Shown: in pieces, positions 1 through 8,056 of the stretch | Position numbering within the stretch: the stretch's first letter is position 1 | How the letters are laid out: each line of letters begins with the position of its first letter | Source: a virus | Taxonomy: Duplodnaviria > Caudoviricetes | Strand: one strand, 5' to 3' | DNA: 64,000 nt | IMG/VR virus record: IMGVR_UViG_3300029305_006500 | Made by a program: the position numbers and the translations under genes | Notes under the pieces: model-generated | Databases searched by the model: none | The model's input: only the letters and a program-made list of their open reading frames with translations | Told to the model about the DNA's origin: nothing

Positions 1-1
1 G

Positions 2-211
2 GATGCTTCTAAGCTTGAGCTCAATATGGGCTTGATTGCATCTTGGCGTGGTGAGCTTGTTGAAACCCCTGAAGAGGCGGATATTGTCTTTGCAAATGAC
101 TATGTTTCTAAGGTTAAGAATCTTCCTATGGCAGAAGATGGTTCTACCAAAGAGCAGACCGTAATTCGTTCCTTCGACGTGGAGAAGCTTGTTGTTCTGG
201 TTAATGCCTAA
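2..211 (+). CDS. C-terminal fragment of an unknown protein (gene starts upstream of the window)
   Basis: Frame is open from position 2 (DASKLELNMGLIASWRGELVETPEEADIVF...) to TAA at 209-211 and is followed by a hairpin. Confidence 0.75.
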   Translation, partial: DASKLELNMGLIASWRGELVETPEEADIVFANDYVSKVKNLPMAEDGSTKEQTVIRSFDVEKLVVLVNA

Positions 212-217
212 AAAACA

Positions 218-248
218 TAAGAGGCATAGTTTATGCTATGCCTCTTAA
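218..248 (+). terminator. Hairpin terminator after the first ORF
   Basis: TAAGAGGCATAG / CTATGCCTCTTA 12-bp inverted repeat. Confidence 0.65.
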
Positions 249-344
249 ATATCCGCTAAATTATATTGCGTGAAAGCTATGATTATTTTAATAAGAATAT
301 TTTAGAATTTTTATTAAATATCTTTAAAATTTAATTATTTACAT

Positions 345-352
345 TGTATAAT
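345..352 (+). promoter_or_regulatory. Extended -10 promoter (TGTATAAT) directly upstream of Y-like RNA unit 1
   Basis: TGTATAAT ends 8 nt before the GAGCCAATGCT unit. The same box recurs near 6732, 11128, 11826, 14837, 16471, 53478 and 62965. Confidence 0.65.
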
Positions 353-360
353 ATAATACA

Positions 361-503
361 GAGCCAATGCTTATTTCTTAATGCCTGTTAAGCCGTGGGT
401 CGTAGGTTCGAGTCCTACCTTTCCGATGGAGGCACTGCCTGAATAAGGCCAATACTCGCGGATTGTAGCTCAGTGGTAGAGCAACGTATATATTAGCTTG
501 GCC
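361..503 (+). ncRNA. Y-RNA-like (YrlA-like) RNA unit 1 with circularly permuted tRNA domain
   Basis: Terminal stem GCCAA(T)GCT/AGCTTGGC encloses, in order, T arm GTAGG-TTCGAGT-CCTAC, acceptor 3' strand, a linker, acceptor 5' strand and D arm GCTC-AGTGGTA-GAGC. Confidence 0.7.
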
Positions 504-522
504 CTTAACTTTGAAAATTATA

Positions 523-638
523 GAACCAATGCTTATTTCTTTGATTCTTCCAGCTGGTGGTCACGGGTTCGAGCCCCGTCATTCCGCTTCGGGATGTAGC
601 TCAGATGGGAGAGCTCCAGCTTTCATTTAGCTTGGTCT
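523..638 (+). ncRNA. Y-RNA-like (YrlA-like) RNA unit 2 with circularly permuted tRNA domain
   Basis: Terminal stem ACCAA(T)GCT/AGCTTGGT; GCTGG/CCAGC anticodon-equivalent stem; T arm ACGGG-TTCGAGC-CCCGT; acceptor stem CATTCCG/CGGGATG closed by a 3-nt loop; D arm GCTC/GAGC. Confidence 0.75.
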
Positions 639-646
639 TAATAAAA

Positions 647-755
647 ATCCTGTTAGCTTAATGGCAAATCCTGGATGGTTTTACACATCAATTTAAGGGA
701 CAGAGCCCCTCCCTTCAAAGGAGGAGATTCGGTGTTCGACTCCCGAACAGGTACA
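647..755 (+). tRNA. Atypical tRNA-like gene with TCA (opal-reading) anticodon, D-loop insertion and degenerate acceptor end
   Basis: CCTCC-CTTCAAA-GGAGG anticodon arm; T loop TTCGACT; CCTGT/ACAGG acceptor pairing; about 35 extra nt in the D loop; no clean CCA. Confidence 0.5.
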
Positions 756-764
756 TTTTAATAT

Positions 765-1088
765 GCTCCAGTGGTGGAATTGGCAGACACCTGGGACTTT
801 AATCTGTTCTCCTTAGATGTAAGGACTACATTAATTTGTAGAGAGTGCCTAAGAGGAAACTCTTAGAGTAGAAGCTAGCTAAACGGTGAAAGCGAACAGA
901 AAATACCGTGCCAAAATCCTTAATTAGGATTGTGCGTAGAGGCTATACACTAGCTACCTAAGTGCGAAAGCATATGGTAAAGATTGAGTCCAGACTACAA
1001 CACAGTAATGTGGCTATGGTGACATAGAGTAGTACGAAAATCCCATGCCCTTCGGGGCGTACCGGTTCGAGTCCGGTCTGGAGCACCA
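765..1088 (+). tRNA. trnL: tRNA-Leu(TAA) interrupted by a group I intron
   Basis: Exon 1 765-799 ends TGGGA-CTT; exon 2 1037-1088 starts AAAA-TCCCA; long variable arm, T arm, GCTCCAG/CTGGAGC acceptor, ACCA end. Confidence 0.9.
800..1036 (+). mobile_element. Group I intron (237 nt, no ORF) in the anticodon after U34
   Basis: Follows a T and ends in G; P (GCTAAACGGTGAA), Q (AATACCGTGCC), R (GTAGAGGCTATAC) and S (AAGATTGAGTCC) like elements are in the expected order. Confidence 0.85.
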
Positions 1089-1089
1089 A

Positions 1090-1962
1090 GCCATTGATGT
1101 AATTACTAAAGCTCTTGTGATTACGTAGGCTTACAGAGCAGACATTAGGAGAGACTTATGGCAGTTGGAAAGACAACCGACGGTTCCGGTGCGTAGTGGT
1201 TAGAAGCATCGACTTGGATATGATGGTAAGCCAATACAACAATAACCATTATGATTAGTGTAGATGCGAATATAGGCGGGGTATTGTTATCCGGAAGTCC
1301 TCGTTACCGGAATTGCGCGGGAGCTGCTTCTATGGCTGTAGGCCCCTTACACTAACAGATAGTTATGAAGAGAAGAACACTCCTTGTTAGCGGTGAAATG
1401 ATATATCTGCTAGCGGTGCGGATACCTATCCGACATAGCGTCTGCGTTAGCCCACCTAAGGTGCGTTAATCCTTAGTACTTATCGTGAGGGGCAATATTA
1501 CATTTCTGTGCGAATATTGATGATTTCGTTTATTTGGTAGTTCAAGGGGGACGATAACTACCCCTTTGGAGTGTGCGCAGCATTAATGAGTTACTAAGTA
1601 ATCGACATTGAAACTAATAAACTAAATAAAAACACCGAGGCGAGCCCTTAAGTTAATAGGGTGAATGACAAAGTCCTCCGATACCGCGGCTGAAAAAAGT
1701 GCCTTTAAGTCTGAAAAATAAAATCGTGCCGCAAGAGATTCCCAAGAAGCTTACAGCAACTGGTGAGCCCGAAAAGTCTATACTGTAAGATAGTACAAAG
1801 TAGGCGAGAATTGAGGATAGGATGAGGTGTGGCTACGCAGACCAACTTATATAAGTGACGGACAGGTAAATAGATCTGAAAAGTGAAATAACTGAGAAGC
1901 TTATACCCCTAGTGTCTAGGCGTAGAGTAAGTGTTCTTTGTTTAGTTTATTAGCAGAGATGT
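1090..1962 (+). ncRNA. Large structured ncRNA region, family unassigned (possibly ROOL-like)
   Basis: About 870 nt without an ORF of 60 aa or more; long-range helices 1440-1457/1825-1842 and 1614-1635/1931-1953; many local hairpins. Confidence 0.5.
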
Positions 1963-2108
1963 TTAAATTTTGGTTACATTATATAATGTATAAATAGACA
2001 GATAGTTTGCATCAAAGGTGGATAAGAAATCGCGCCACCAAAATACCACTAGGTTGAGGCGTTAAAAAGTAGATAAGATTCTTGCGCTACTAATTATTTG
2101 TCTCATAT

Positions 2109-2183
2109 CCGCGTATAGTCGCTTAATTGGAAAAGCGCTCTCCGGGTTCGGTTGAGAGATAAGGTTCGAGTCCTTCGACGTGG
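2109..2183 (+). pseudogene. Degenerate tRNA-like element
   Basis: CCGCGT/ACGTGG acceptor-like stem, CGCTT/AAGCG D arm, AAGG-TTCGAGT-CCTT T arm; 11-nt anticodon loop; no CCA. Confidence 0.45.
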
Positions 2184-2391
2184 TATTACGTAATATAGAA
2201 AATTTAAGTAAGGCCACAGGGCGAGGAAGTTTTGTGTGGCTATCGTTGACTGTGAAAAAACTAATCAGTGCCAGGGAGGCTCCGAACCCCTGTATTAATA
2301 CTGGTAGTGCTTTATTAATAAAAGGTGAAAACTGTCTGACTAACGTCTCACTAACGTGCAGAAAGATTGCTACTAGCCTTCGGTGTCCTAT

Positions 2392-2466
2392 AGGTCTCTG
2401 GTGTAACGGCTAGCATACGCGGCTCCAACCCGCTTGGTCAGAGTTCGAATCTTTGGGGGCCTGCCA
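2392..2466 (+). tRNA. trnW: tRNA-Trp(CCA)
   Basis: Cloverleaf, loop CTCCAAC, GCCA end. Confidence 0.9.
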
Positions 2467-2473
2467 TTTAGAT

Positions 2474-2553
2474 AAGGCCATGGTGTACGGCGCACGTCTC
2501 ACCGGTCCAAACAAGTAGAAAGATTGGGGTTCAATTCCCTCGTGGCCTTGCCA
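2474..2553 (+). ncRNA. tRNA-like element without a canonical anticodon arm
   Basis: Perfect AAGGCCA/TGGCCTT acceptor plus GCCA, D arm GTGT/GCAC, T loop TTCAATT. Confidence 0.55.
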
Positions 2554-2702
2554 AAGCGTTGACAGTCGCTTGTCATTACTGTTTGGTGGATACTCCCAAC
2601 AATGAGTATGTAACGGCAGCGCGCAGGAAGTTATGCGAGCTAGGCGTCGGTGCTACAACGATGTGACACAAAACTTATGACATAGTATTGTAGCTTTTAT
2701 AT

Positions 2703-2779
2703 TGTCCGGTAGCTCAGCTGGTTAGATCGCGCGCCTGATAAGCGCGAGGTCGTGGGTTCGAGTCCCACCCGGACAACCA
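2703..2779 (+). tRNA. trnI: tRNA-Ile(GAT)
   Basis: Cloverleaf, loop CTGATAA, ACCA end. Confidence 0.9.
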
Positions 2780-2963
2780 GCGCGGGGAGATAACTCTGTT
2801 GTTGTGCCAACTTCCTTTCAGGGTCGCGCCTGATAAATTAAATGTGAGTTCAACAAGGGTATATTTGCCGGACGCTTTGTGACCAAAGCATAAAGCGGCG
2901 ATGATGCATCAGGGTTGGTAAACCTCTGTTCATAAAGTGCAGAAAGTTTCCAAAATTTTATAT

Positions 2964-3136
2964 GGAGTAGGTAGTGAAGTGGTCAAACACGCGGACTGTA
3001 ACTCCGTGCTTTATTGTAATGTATAGTTAGCATGAAGGAACTCGCGACTCCGGATCTGGATGTTAACTACATTCGTGGGTTAGGCGCGCATGTGCCCCGT
3101 AAAGCTTCGCTGGTTCGAATCCAGCCCTCTCCACCA
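2964..3136 (+). tRNA. trnY: tRNA-Tyr(GTA) with a giant (about 98 nt) variable arm
   Basis: GCGGA-CTGTAAC-TCCGT arm; GCTTTA(3008)/TAAAGC(3105) closes the expanded variable region; GCTGG-TTCGAAT-CCAGC T arm; ACCA end. Confidence 0.75.
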
Positions 3137-3145
3137 AATTTATAT

Positions 3146-3220
3146 GGGTAAGTAGCATTGTGGAATGCAGACGTTAAACGTCCCGCGGGAAGTATGGTTC
3201 GACTCCTACCTTATCCACCA
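3146..3220 (+). ncRNA. tRNA-like element with collapsed anticodon loop
   Basis: GGGTAAG/CTTATCC plus ACCA, GCAT/ATGC D arm, GACGT-TAA-ACGTC hairpin, TTCGACT T loop. Confidence 0.55.
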
Positions 3221-3225
3221 AGTAT

Positions 3226-3329
3226 GAATCAGTAAACTATAATGGCAAAGTGGGGTAATTGCCCATTCGGTTCGACTCCGATGAAAAGTTGTGGGAACGT
3301 TGTAAGTTCGATTCTTACCTGATTCACCA
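3226..3329 (+). ncRNA. tRNA-like element with two T-loop hairpins
   Basis: GAATCAG/CTGATTC plus ACCA; hairpins TCGG-TTCGACT-CCGA and GTAAG-TTCGATT-CTTAC. Confidence 0.55.
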
Positions 3330-3502
3330 TTAACCTTTATTGTTTTCAAATACTATAATGGATTTTTATTGTAGGTCTTCGTGCACAGAAGTACAAAAAC
3401 AAAGAAACTCTGTATTAGTTGACTTTGCTGGTTGAAAGAAACTGGATGTTTGTACAGACAAGACGTTGGGTCAGCGTCTATAACTTTGTGCCCACGCTAT
3501 AT

Positions 3503-3576
3503 TGCGCGGTTGGGTAACGGCAGCCCGCTGGACTTTGACTCCAGTTGTCCTAGTTCGAATCTAGGCCGCGCAGCCA
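3503..3576 (+). tRNA. trnQ: tRNA-Gln(TTG)
   Basis: Cloverleaf, loop CTTTGAC, GCCA end. Confidence 0.9.
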
Positions 3577-3580
3577 GTAT

Positions 3581-3654
3581 TGACCGTTAGCTTAATGGTA
3601 GAGCGTCCGGCTCTGACCCGGAATGCCGAGGTTCGATACCTTGACGGTCAGCCA
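3581..3654 (+). tRNA. trnQ: tRNA-Gln(CTG)
   Basis: Cloverleaf, loop CTCTGAC, GCCA end. Confidence 0.9.
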
Positions 3655-3768
3655 GCCCCAGAGTATGACTATCCTTCAACAGAAAACTGAAAACGTTAAG
3701 ATTATAGGTACCTATAAGCTACGAGTAAAACAAAGAAGGAATACTTTAATAAAGTAGGTAATTAAATT

Positions 3769-4074
3769 ATGATTGAATGGGCAAAAGCACCTAGTATTGG
3801 GCACACTAAATTTGAATGGTACCAGGGGCTTCAGGATTTAATTTTAGAGATAACTGCTCTTAAAGGAACTAATTTAGTTTGTAAATGCTCAGGTGACACT
3901 GCTTCTATTATTGTATTTTTTACTGGGTTTGAAAAGAGCCCTATTTCTGAAATTTATAGAGAGTTTGAACTTGGTAAATCTTTTGGAATTACTTATATAA
4001 TTACTCCAGATCTCAATCAGCAAATTAATATAGAAGCTGATGGTAAAGTGTTTGAAATTATTAAAATTATTTAA
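3769..4074 (+). CDS. Hypothetical protein (101 aa)
   Basis: ORF with upstream AGGT and AT-rich coding-like composition. Confidence 0.6.
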   Translation: MIEWAKAPSIGHTKFEWYQGLQDLILEITALKGTNLVCKCSGDTASIIVFFTGFEKSPISEIYREFELGKSFGITYIITPDLNQQINIEADGKVFEIIKII

Positions 4075-4130
4075 AATTTATACGCTAAATTAATTAGATT
4101 TGATTAAAATTTTAAGGAGAAAGAAAAGAA

Positions 4131-4235
4131 ATGTTTAATTTTGATTTTTGTAAATCGATAAAAACTATGCATAGCCTTGTTATGCCCTTTTCAGCATCCT
4201 TTAAGCCAGTAGGGCCATATCATATCCAGCGTTAA
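4131..4235 (+). CDS. Small peptide (34 aa, MFNFDFCKSIK...)
   Basis: AAGGAG upstream, preceded by GCTAAATTA and followed by a terminator-like hairpin. Confidence 0.4.
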   Translation: MFNFDFCKSIKTMHSLVMPFSASFKPVGPYHIQR

Positions 4236-4261
4236 TATTTTCGTAATATATTGAAGATAGT

Positions 4262-4314
4262 ATTGGCGTTTGGAATTAGTTAGTAAACTTAGTTCTAAGC
4301 GTCAATTTTTATTT
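4262..4314 (+). terminator. Rho-independent terminator-like hairpin
   Basis: ATTGGCGTTTGGAAT/GTTCTAAGCGTCAAT stem followed by a T tract. Confidence 0.55.
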
Positions 4315-4473
4315 ATAAAACTACGAAAAATACAAAGTATATCATCGTATAATATAAAGTAAAGGTTATAATATCGGTTAGATATATGCGGCTATATCTT
4401 TTGAATCTAAAACGCCCTTCGCCGAGGCGTCCAAGATACCGGTGTTCACCATAAGCAACACTGCGTTTAATAT

Positions 4474-4548
4474 GCACCCGTAACTCAGTGGTAGAGTATC
4501 TGACTTTTAATCAGAGAGTCGTGGATTCGAGTTCCACCGGGTGCACCA
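4474..4548 (+). tRNA. trnK: tRNA-Lys(TTT)
   Basis: Cloverleaf, loop CTTTTAA, ACCA end. Confidence 0.9.
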
Positions 4549-4569
4549 GATTTAAAATGAGGTTTCACT

Positions 4570-5211
4570 ATGGCTTATATTTATGAAATTATTAATGACA
4601 TAAATAATAAAAGTTATATAGGGAAGACTGAATTTGCAATCGAGCGAAGGTTTAAAGAGCATTGTAAAGAAGCTTTTCGTAATCGTTGTGAAAAACGTCC
4701 TTTATATGCTGCAATGCGAAAGTACGGTATTGAACATTTTCATATTGAATTACTAGAAGAAACTGAGTTACCTGAAGAACGCGAAATATTTTGGATTGCA
4801 ACTAAACAGACCTATAAGCAAGGCTATAATGCTACTCTAGGTGGCGATGGTAAAAAATACTTAGACTATGACTTAGTGGTTACTACATATAAACAACTTG
4901 GTACCATTTCAGCTGTAGCTGACAGACTTAATATCCACCGGGAAACTATTAGTAAAATTTTACGAATTAAGCAAATTGATGTGAAAACATCTTATGAGGT
5001 ATTATTGGAAAAAACTGGAAAAGCTGTTGAACAATACTCACTTACAGGTGAATATATTGCAACCTTTCCGTCTACTTTAGCTGCTGTGAAAGCTTTAGGT
5101 AAAATGCAAAATAAACAAACAGATCGTGGTTCAGCTGGACATATTGCCGATGTCTGTAACGGTAAACGTAAGACTGCTTATGGTTATATTTGGTGCTATC
5201 AAACTATTTAG
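4570..5211 (+). CDS. GIY-YIG homing endonuclease with C-terminal NUMOD1-like domain
   Basis: YIYEI...YIGKT...RFKEH, GYNATLGGDG; C-terminal VEQYSLTGEYIATFPS...CNGKRKTAYGYIW. Confidence 0.85.
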   Translation: MAYIYEIINDINNKSYIGKTEFAIERRFKEHCKEAFRNRCEKRPLYAAMRKYGIEHFHIELLEETELPEEREIFWIATKQTYKQGYNATLGGDGKKYLDYDLVVTTYKQLGTISAVADRLNIHRETISKILRIKQIDVKTSYEVLLEKTGKAVEQYSLTGEYIATFPSTLAAVKALGKMQNKQTDRGSAGHIADVCNGKRKTAYGYIWCYQTI

Positions 5212-5220
5212 GAGTTAATA

Positions 5221-5403
5221 ATGAAAGTAAGATATATTTGTAAGCATTGTGCACATATAAATGAGATCACAAGTTTTTGGAAATGGTTTTGGGCGCCTCA
5301 TCTTGGGGCAAAGAAACTATTAGAGTGTAGTCATTGTAAATTAACTAGCTATATGTATCGCCAAGATGGTCGTAAGTGGCTTGATTGGCCTAAAAATAAG
5401 TAA
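5221..5403 (+). CDS. Small zinc-ribbon protein
   Basis: CKHC...CSHC; AGGAG RBS. Confidence 0.65.
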   Translation: MKVRYICKHCAHINEITSFWKWFWAPHLGAKKLLECSHCKLTSYMYRQDGRKWLDWPKNK

Positions 5404-5422
5404 ACAGTATTCTCTGCTTTAT

Positions 5423-5506
5423 GCTCCGGTGGCGAAACGGCAGACGCGGTAGGCTCAAACCCTATTGTAGCAATACATATGAGTTCAAATCTCATCTGGA
5501 GCACCA
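5423..5506 (+). tRNA. trnL: tRNA-Leu(CAA)
   Basis: Loop CTCAAAC, long variable arm, ACCA end. Confidence 0.9.
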
Positions 5507-5559
5507 ATCTCCTTTACATATACTTGCTCTAAAGTATATGTGAAATAGGAGATATCTCA

Positions 5560-5913
5560 ATGGGACAAAAAACAAGATTAACTGCAGCTATTATTGAGCG
5601 AGTTTGGTCTTTATACGAATCTGGCTGGCAAGCAACTGATATTGCTAAAAAATTAAAAATCAGTAATGTTTCAGTACAACGTTGTATTTTCGCGTTAACT
5701 ACTGCTAAATCAGGCAAAAAAGTAGAATATGAAGGTCTTTTAAGAGATAGCCATCATATCGCCGATTATGCTAATGAACAATTTAAGCAGGAAATAACAG
5801 AAGGAACAAGCAATAAAGATATTGAACTTGCCGCCGCAATTAATAGACTTGCAGACAAAATTGAACAACAAACACAATTATTTGAAAGCTTTATAAGAAA
5901 GCTTGAAAGATAA
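5560..5913 (+). CDS. Helix-turn-helix protein
   Basis: LYESGWQATDIAKKLKISNVSVQRCI HTH pattern; AGGAG RBS. Confidence 0.7.
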   Translation: MGQKTRLTAAIIERVWSLYESGWQATDIAKKLKISNVSVQRCIFALTTAKSGKKVEYEGLLRDSHHIADYANEQFKQEITEGTSNKDIELAAAINRLADKIEQQTQLFESFIRKLER

Positions 5914-5994
5914 TTCTTTGGGAGCATATCAGTAGAAAGGATTTTAAGTGGGATATGCAGCGTCCAGCTTGGAGGGGAGCGTTTGGACTAATGT

Positions 5995-6082
5995 GGAGGA
6001 TTAAGCATAATTGGCACTGCCGCGGTCCTGAAAACCGTTCACGTGAGAGCGTGTGGGAGTTCGAGTCTCTCATCCTCCGCCA
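5995..6082 (+). tRNA. trnS: tRNA-Ser(TGA), C33
   Basis: Loop CCTGAAA, long variable arm, GCCA end. Confidence 0.85.
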
Positions 6083-6201
6083 GATTGCTAGAGCTGTTCG
6101 TTCTAGTTCGTACAGCTTAATAGATGGACCAACGGAAATGCTAAAGGACGGCTTTCCTTGCCGAGCATTTGACGCCTGAATCTAGCCTTTTAATTTAATA
6201 T

Positions 6202-6278
6202 GGCGGACGTAGCTCAGTTGGTAGAGCGTCAGATTGTGGCTCTGAGTGTCGCGGATTCGAATTCCGTCGTTCGCCCCA
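6202..6278 (+). tRNA. trnH: tRNA-His(GTG)
   Basis: G-1, loop TTGTGGC, C73-CCA. Confidence 0.9.
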
Positions 6279-6340
6279 GAATTTATGAAAGAGAGGTATT
6301 CATTATGCAACTATAGTAATCTTTAATTAAAGGAGCTATT

Positions 6341-6724
6341 ATGCAAATGAATAATAAACACAAGTATTTCAGAAATCTTCGTTATAAGCAAAAACTTGAA
6401 GCCAGATATGATAACTGGTGTGAACGTCACACTGGAATTTATTTTACTACCGAAGAGCCTGATCCTAGAAATATTAGAGAGCATCAGCATGCTAGATGGT
6501 TTAGAAATGAAAAGTTTCTTGGACATGACTGGTATCTTTGTTGGCAGCGTCCTGAAGTACCTTACAGTATTAGGGAGTATACTTATCATACCAGTAGCTG
6601 GAAAAAAGTTATGAAACAGCAGACTTCTAGACGTAATCGTCGTATTAAAATTACGGAAGATGATACTGCAGCAAGAGAAAAAAGTTTTTATAAAAAAGTA
6701 GAAGATATTTGGAATTACGACTAA
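6341..6724 (+). CDS. Hypothetical basic protein (127 aa)
   Basis: ORF with AAGGAG RBS. Confidence 0.65.
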   Translation: MQMNNKHKYFRNLRYKQKLEARYDNWCERHTGIYFTTEEPDPRNIREHQHARWFRNEKFLGHDWYLCWQRPEVPYSIREYTYHTSSWKKVMKQQTSRRNRRIKITEDDTAAREKSFYKKVEDIWNYD

Positions 6725-6775
6725 CAAATATTGTATAATATAATAAGCTGAATAGTGAGTAAAAATCCATTCTTA

Positions 6776-6921
6776 GTATGCTTTCGAGTACAAACTATTT
6801 CAATAGAGTTCCGTACAAGCTCTGAAATGGTGAAAGCAGGAACCTGTGCAAAGATGGTGTAAGGGTAGCACGCTGGCCGTTTGTGGCCGGAGGAAAGGTT
6901 CGAATCCTTTGAGCATACCCA
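6776..6921 (+). ncRNA. tRNA-like element with about 70-nt insertion between acceptor 5' strand and D arm
   Basis: GTATGCT/AGCATAC plus CCA; D arm GTGT/GCAC; CTGGCC/GGCCGG arm with 6-nt loop; AAGG-TTCGAAT-CCTT T arm. Confidence 0.45.
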
Positions 6922-7137
6922 AAAGAAAAGTTCCTTAAAAATACTGCGAATGAAAAAGATGTGCCCACAAACTAGACTTACTACTTATTAGTGTGTTGTG
7001 TGTATAAAAGTAGTCCTTTAGTCTGGGAGTAAAAATGGATTGAAGATTAATAAGCAACTTTTCCTTGACGGTGCGCAACGTTTTGGAAACGCATCTCCTA
7101 CATCTGAAACTGATGTGGTTCAGCTTGTTTTATATTT

Positions 7138-7213
7138 CGCTCTGTAACTCAGTTGGTAGAGTAGCGGACTCATATCCCGCATGTCAGAGGTTCAATTCCT
7201 CTCGGAGCGACCA
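7138..7213 (+). tRNA. trnM: tRNA-Met(CAT), elongator-like
   Basis: Loop CTCATAT, C1-G72 paired, ACCA end. Confidence 0.8.
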
Positions 7214-7366
7214 AAAATTAGGTACTCTAAATCCTATGTAATTCTTGTGGCTAGTGTGGTGTAGTTAAAGTACCGTTCGAGTCGGTTGTCAAACATAGGG
7301 AGCTTATTTAGACTACATGAATGAGTAAGCAGTATTTAATTAATTTAATATAAGTGAGGTAAGTTT

Positions 7367-7657
7367 ATGAGTAGAACTAGAGCTTATACACGTAAAATGA
7401 GAGCAAAGCATATTAAACGTAAAAAGCGAATTGTTTCTAATTGGCGCTGGTATGGTGAGCATGAATTTTACCATCACGATGGAATGTTTTCAAAAAATAA
7501 GATTCATTGTTCTTGTAGAATGTGTAGATCAAAAGATTATAATGGCCGACATATACCTACTATGCAGGAAAAGCGTCATGGTATTGGTCTGAAATATTCT
7601 ACATTAACTAATGATATTAACGCGGGTTTGGCGGAATTGGCAGACGCGTCAGCTTGA
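7367..7657 (+). CDS. Hypothetical basic protein with CSCxxC motif (3' end overlaps tRNA-Leu)
   Basis: GAGGT RBS; KNKIHCSCRMC. Confidence 0.65.
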   Translation: MSRTRAYTRKMRAKHIKRKKRIVSNWRWYGEHEFYHHDGMFSKNKIHCSCRMCRSKDYNGRHIPTMQEKRHGIGLKYSTLTNDINAGLAELADASA

Positions 7658-7708
7658 GGAGCTGATGGGAGCAATCTTGTGAAGGTTCAAGTCCTTTAAT
7701 CCGCACCA
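7622..7708 (+). tRNA. trnL: tRNA-Leu(GAG)
   Basis: Loop TTGAGGA, long variable arm, ACCA end. Confidence 0.9.
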
Positions 7709-7976
7709 TAAGCACCGATTGGCCCCTGCAGCAGCAGATATAACTGTTAATATTAAGAGCATATAGCAGCACAAAGTATTATCTGCGGTGCGCCAAGAAA
7801 GAGTAGTCTCTAGCCAAGACAAAATGGGTAGCTTTATTTTATAGTGAAAATCGGATAATACTATAAAAAAATTTTTAATTTGCCTAACGACCGGAAAAAC
7901 AGACCTAGGAATAATCCGGCGTCCCGCCATCAAATTGGGATGATGAGTAGAGTGGTTTGTTACTTTAGGCAGCCAT

Positions 7977-8052
7977 GCAGGATTAGTGTCAGTGGCTAGC
8001 ACGTCAGTCTTCCAAACTGAAAGGGCCAGTTCGAATCTGGTATCTTGCTCCA
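7977..8052 (+). tRNA. trnG: tRNA-Gly(TCC)
   Basis: Loop CTTCCAA, TCCA end. Confidence 0.9.
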
Positions 8053-8056
8053 ATAT

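Noticed and set aside
4570-5403. TAG read-through fusing the GIY-YIG gene to the in-frame downstream ORF
   Set aside because: The TAGGAG doubles as the downstream RBS and the nuclease domain architecture is already complete
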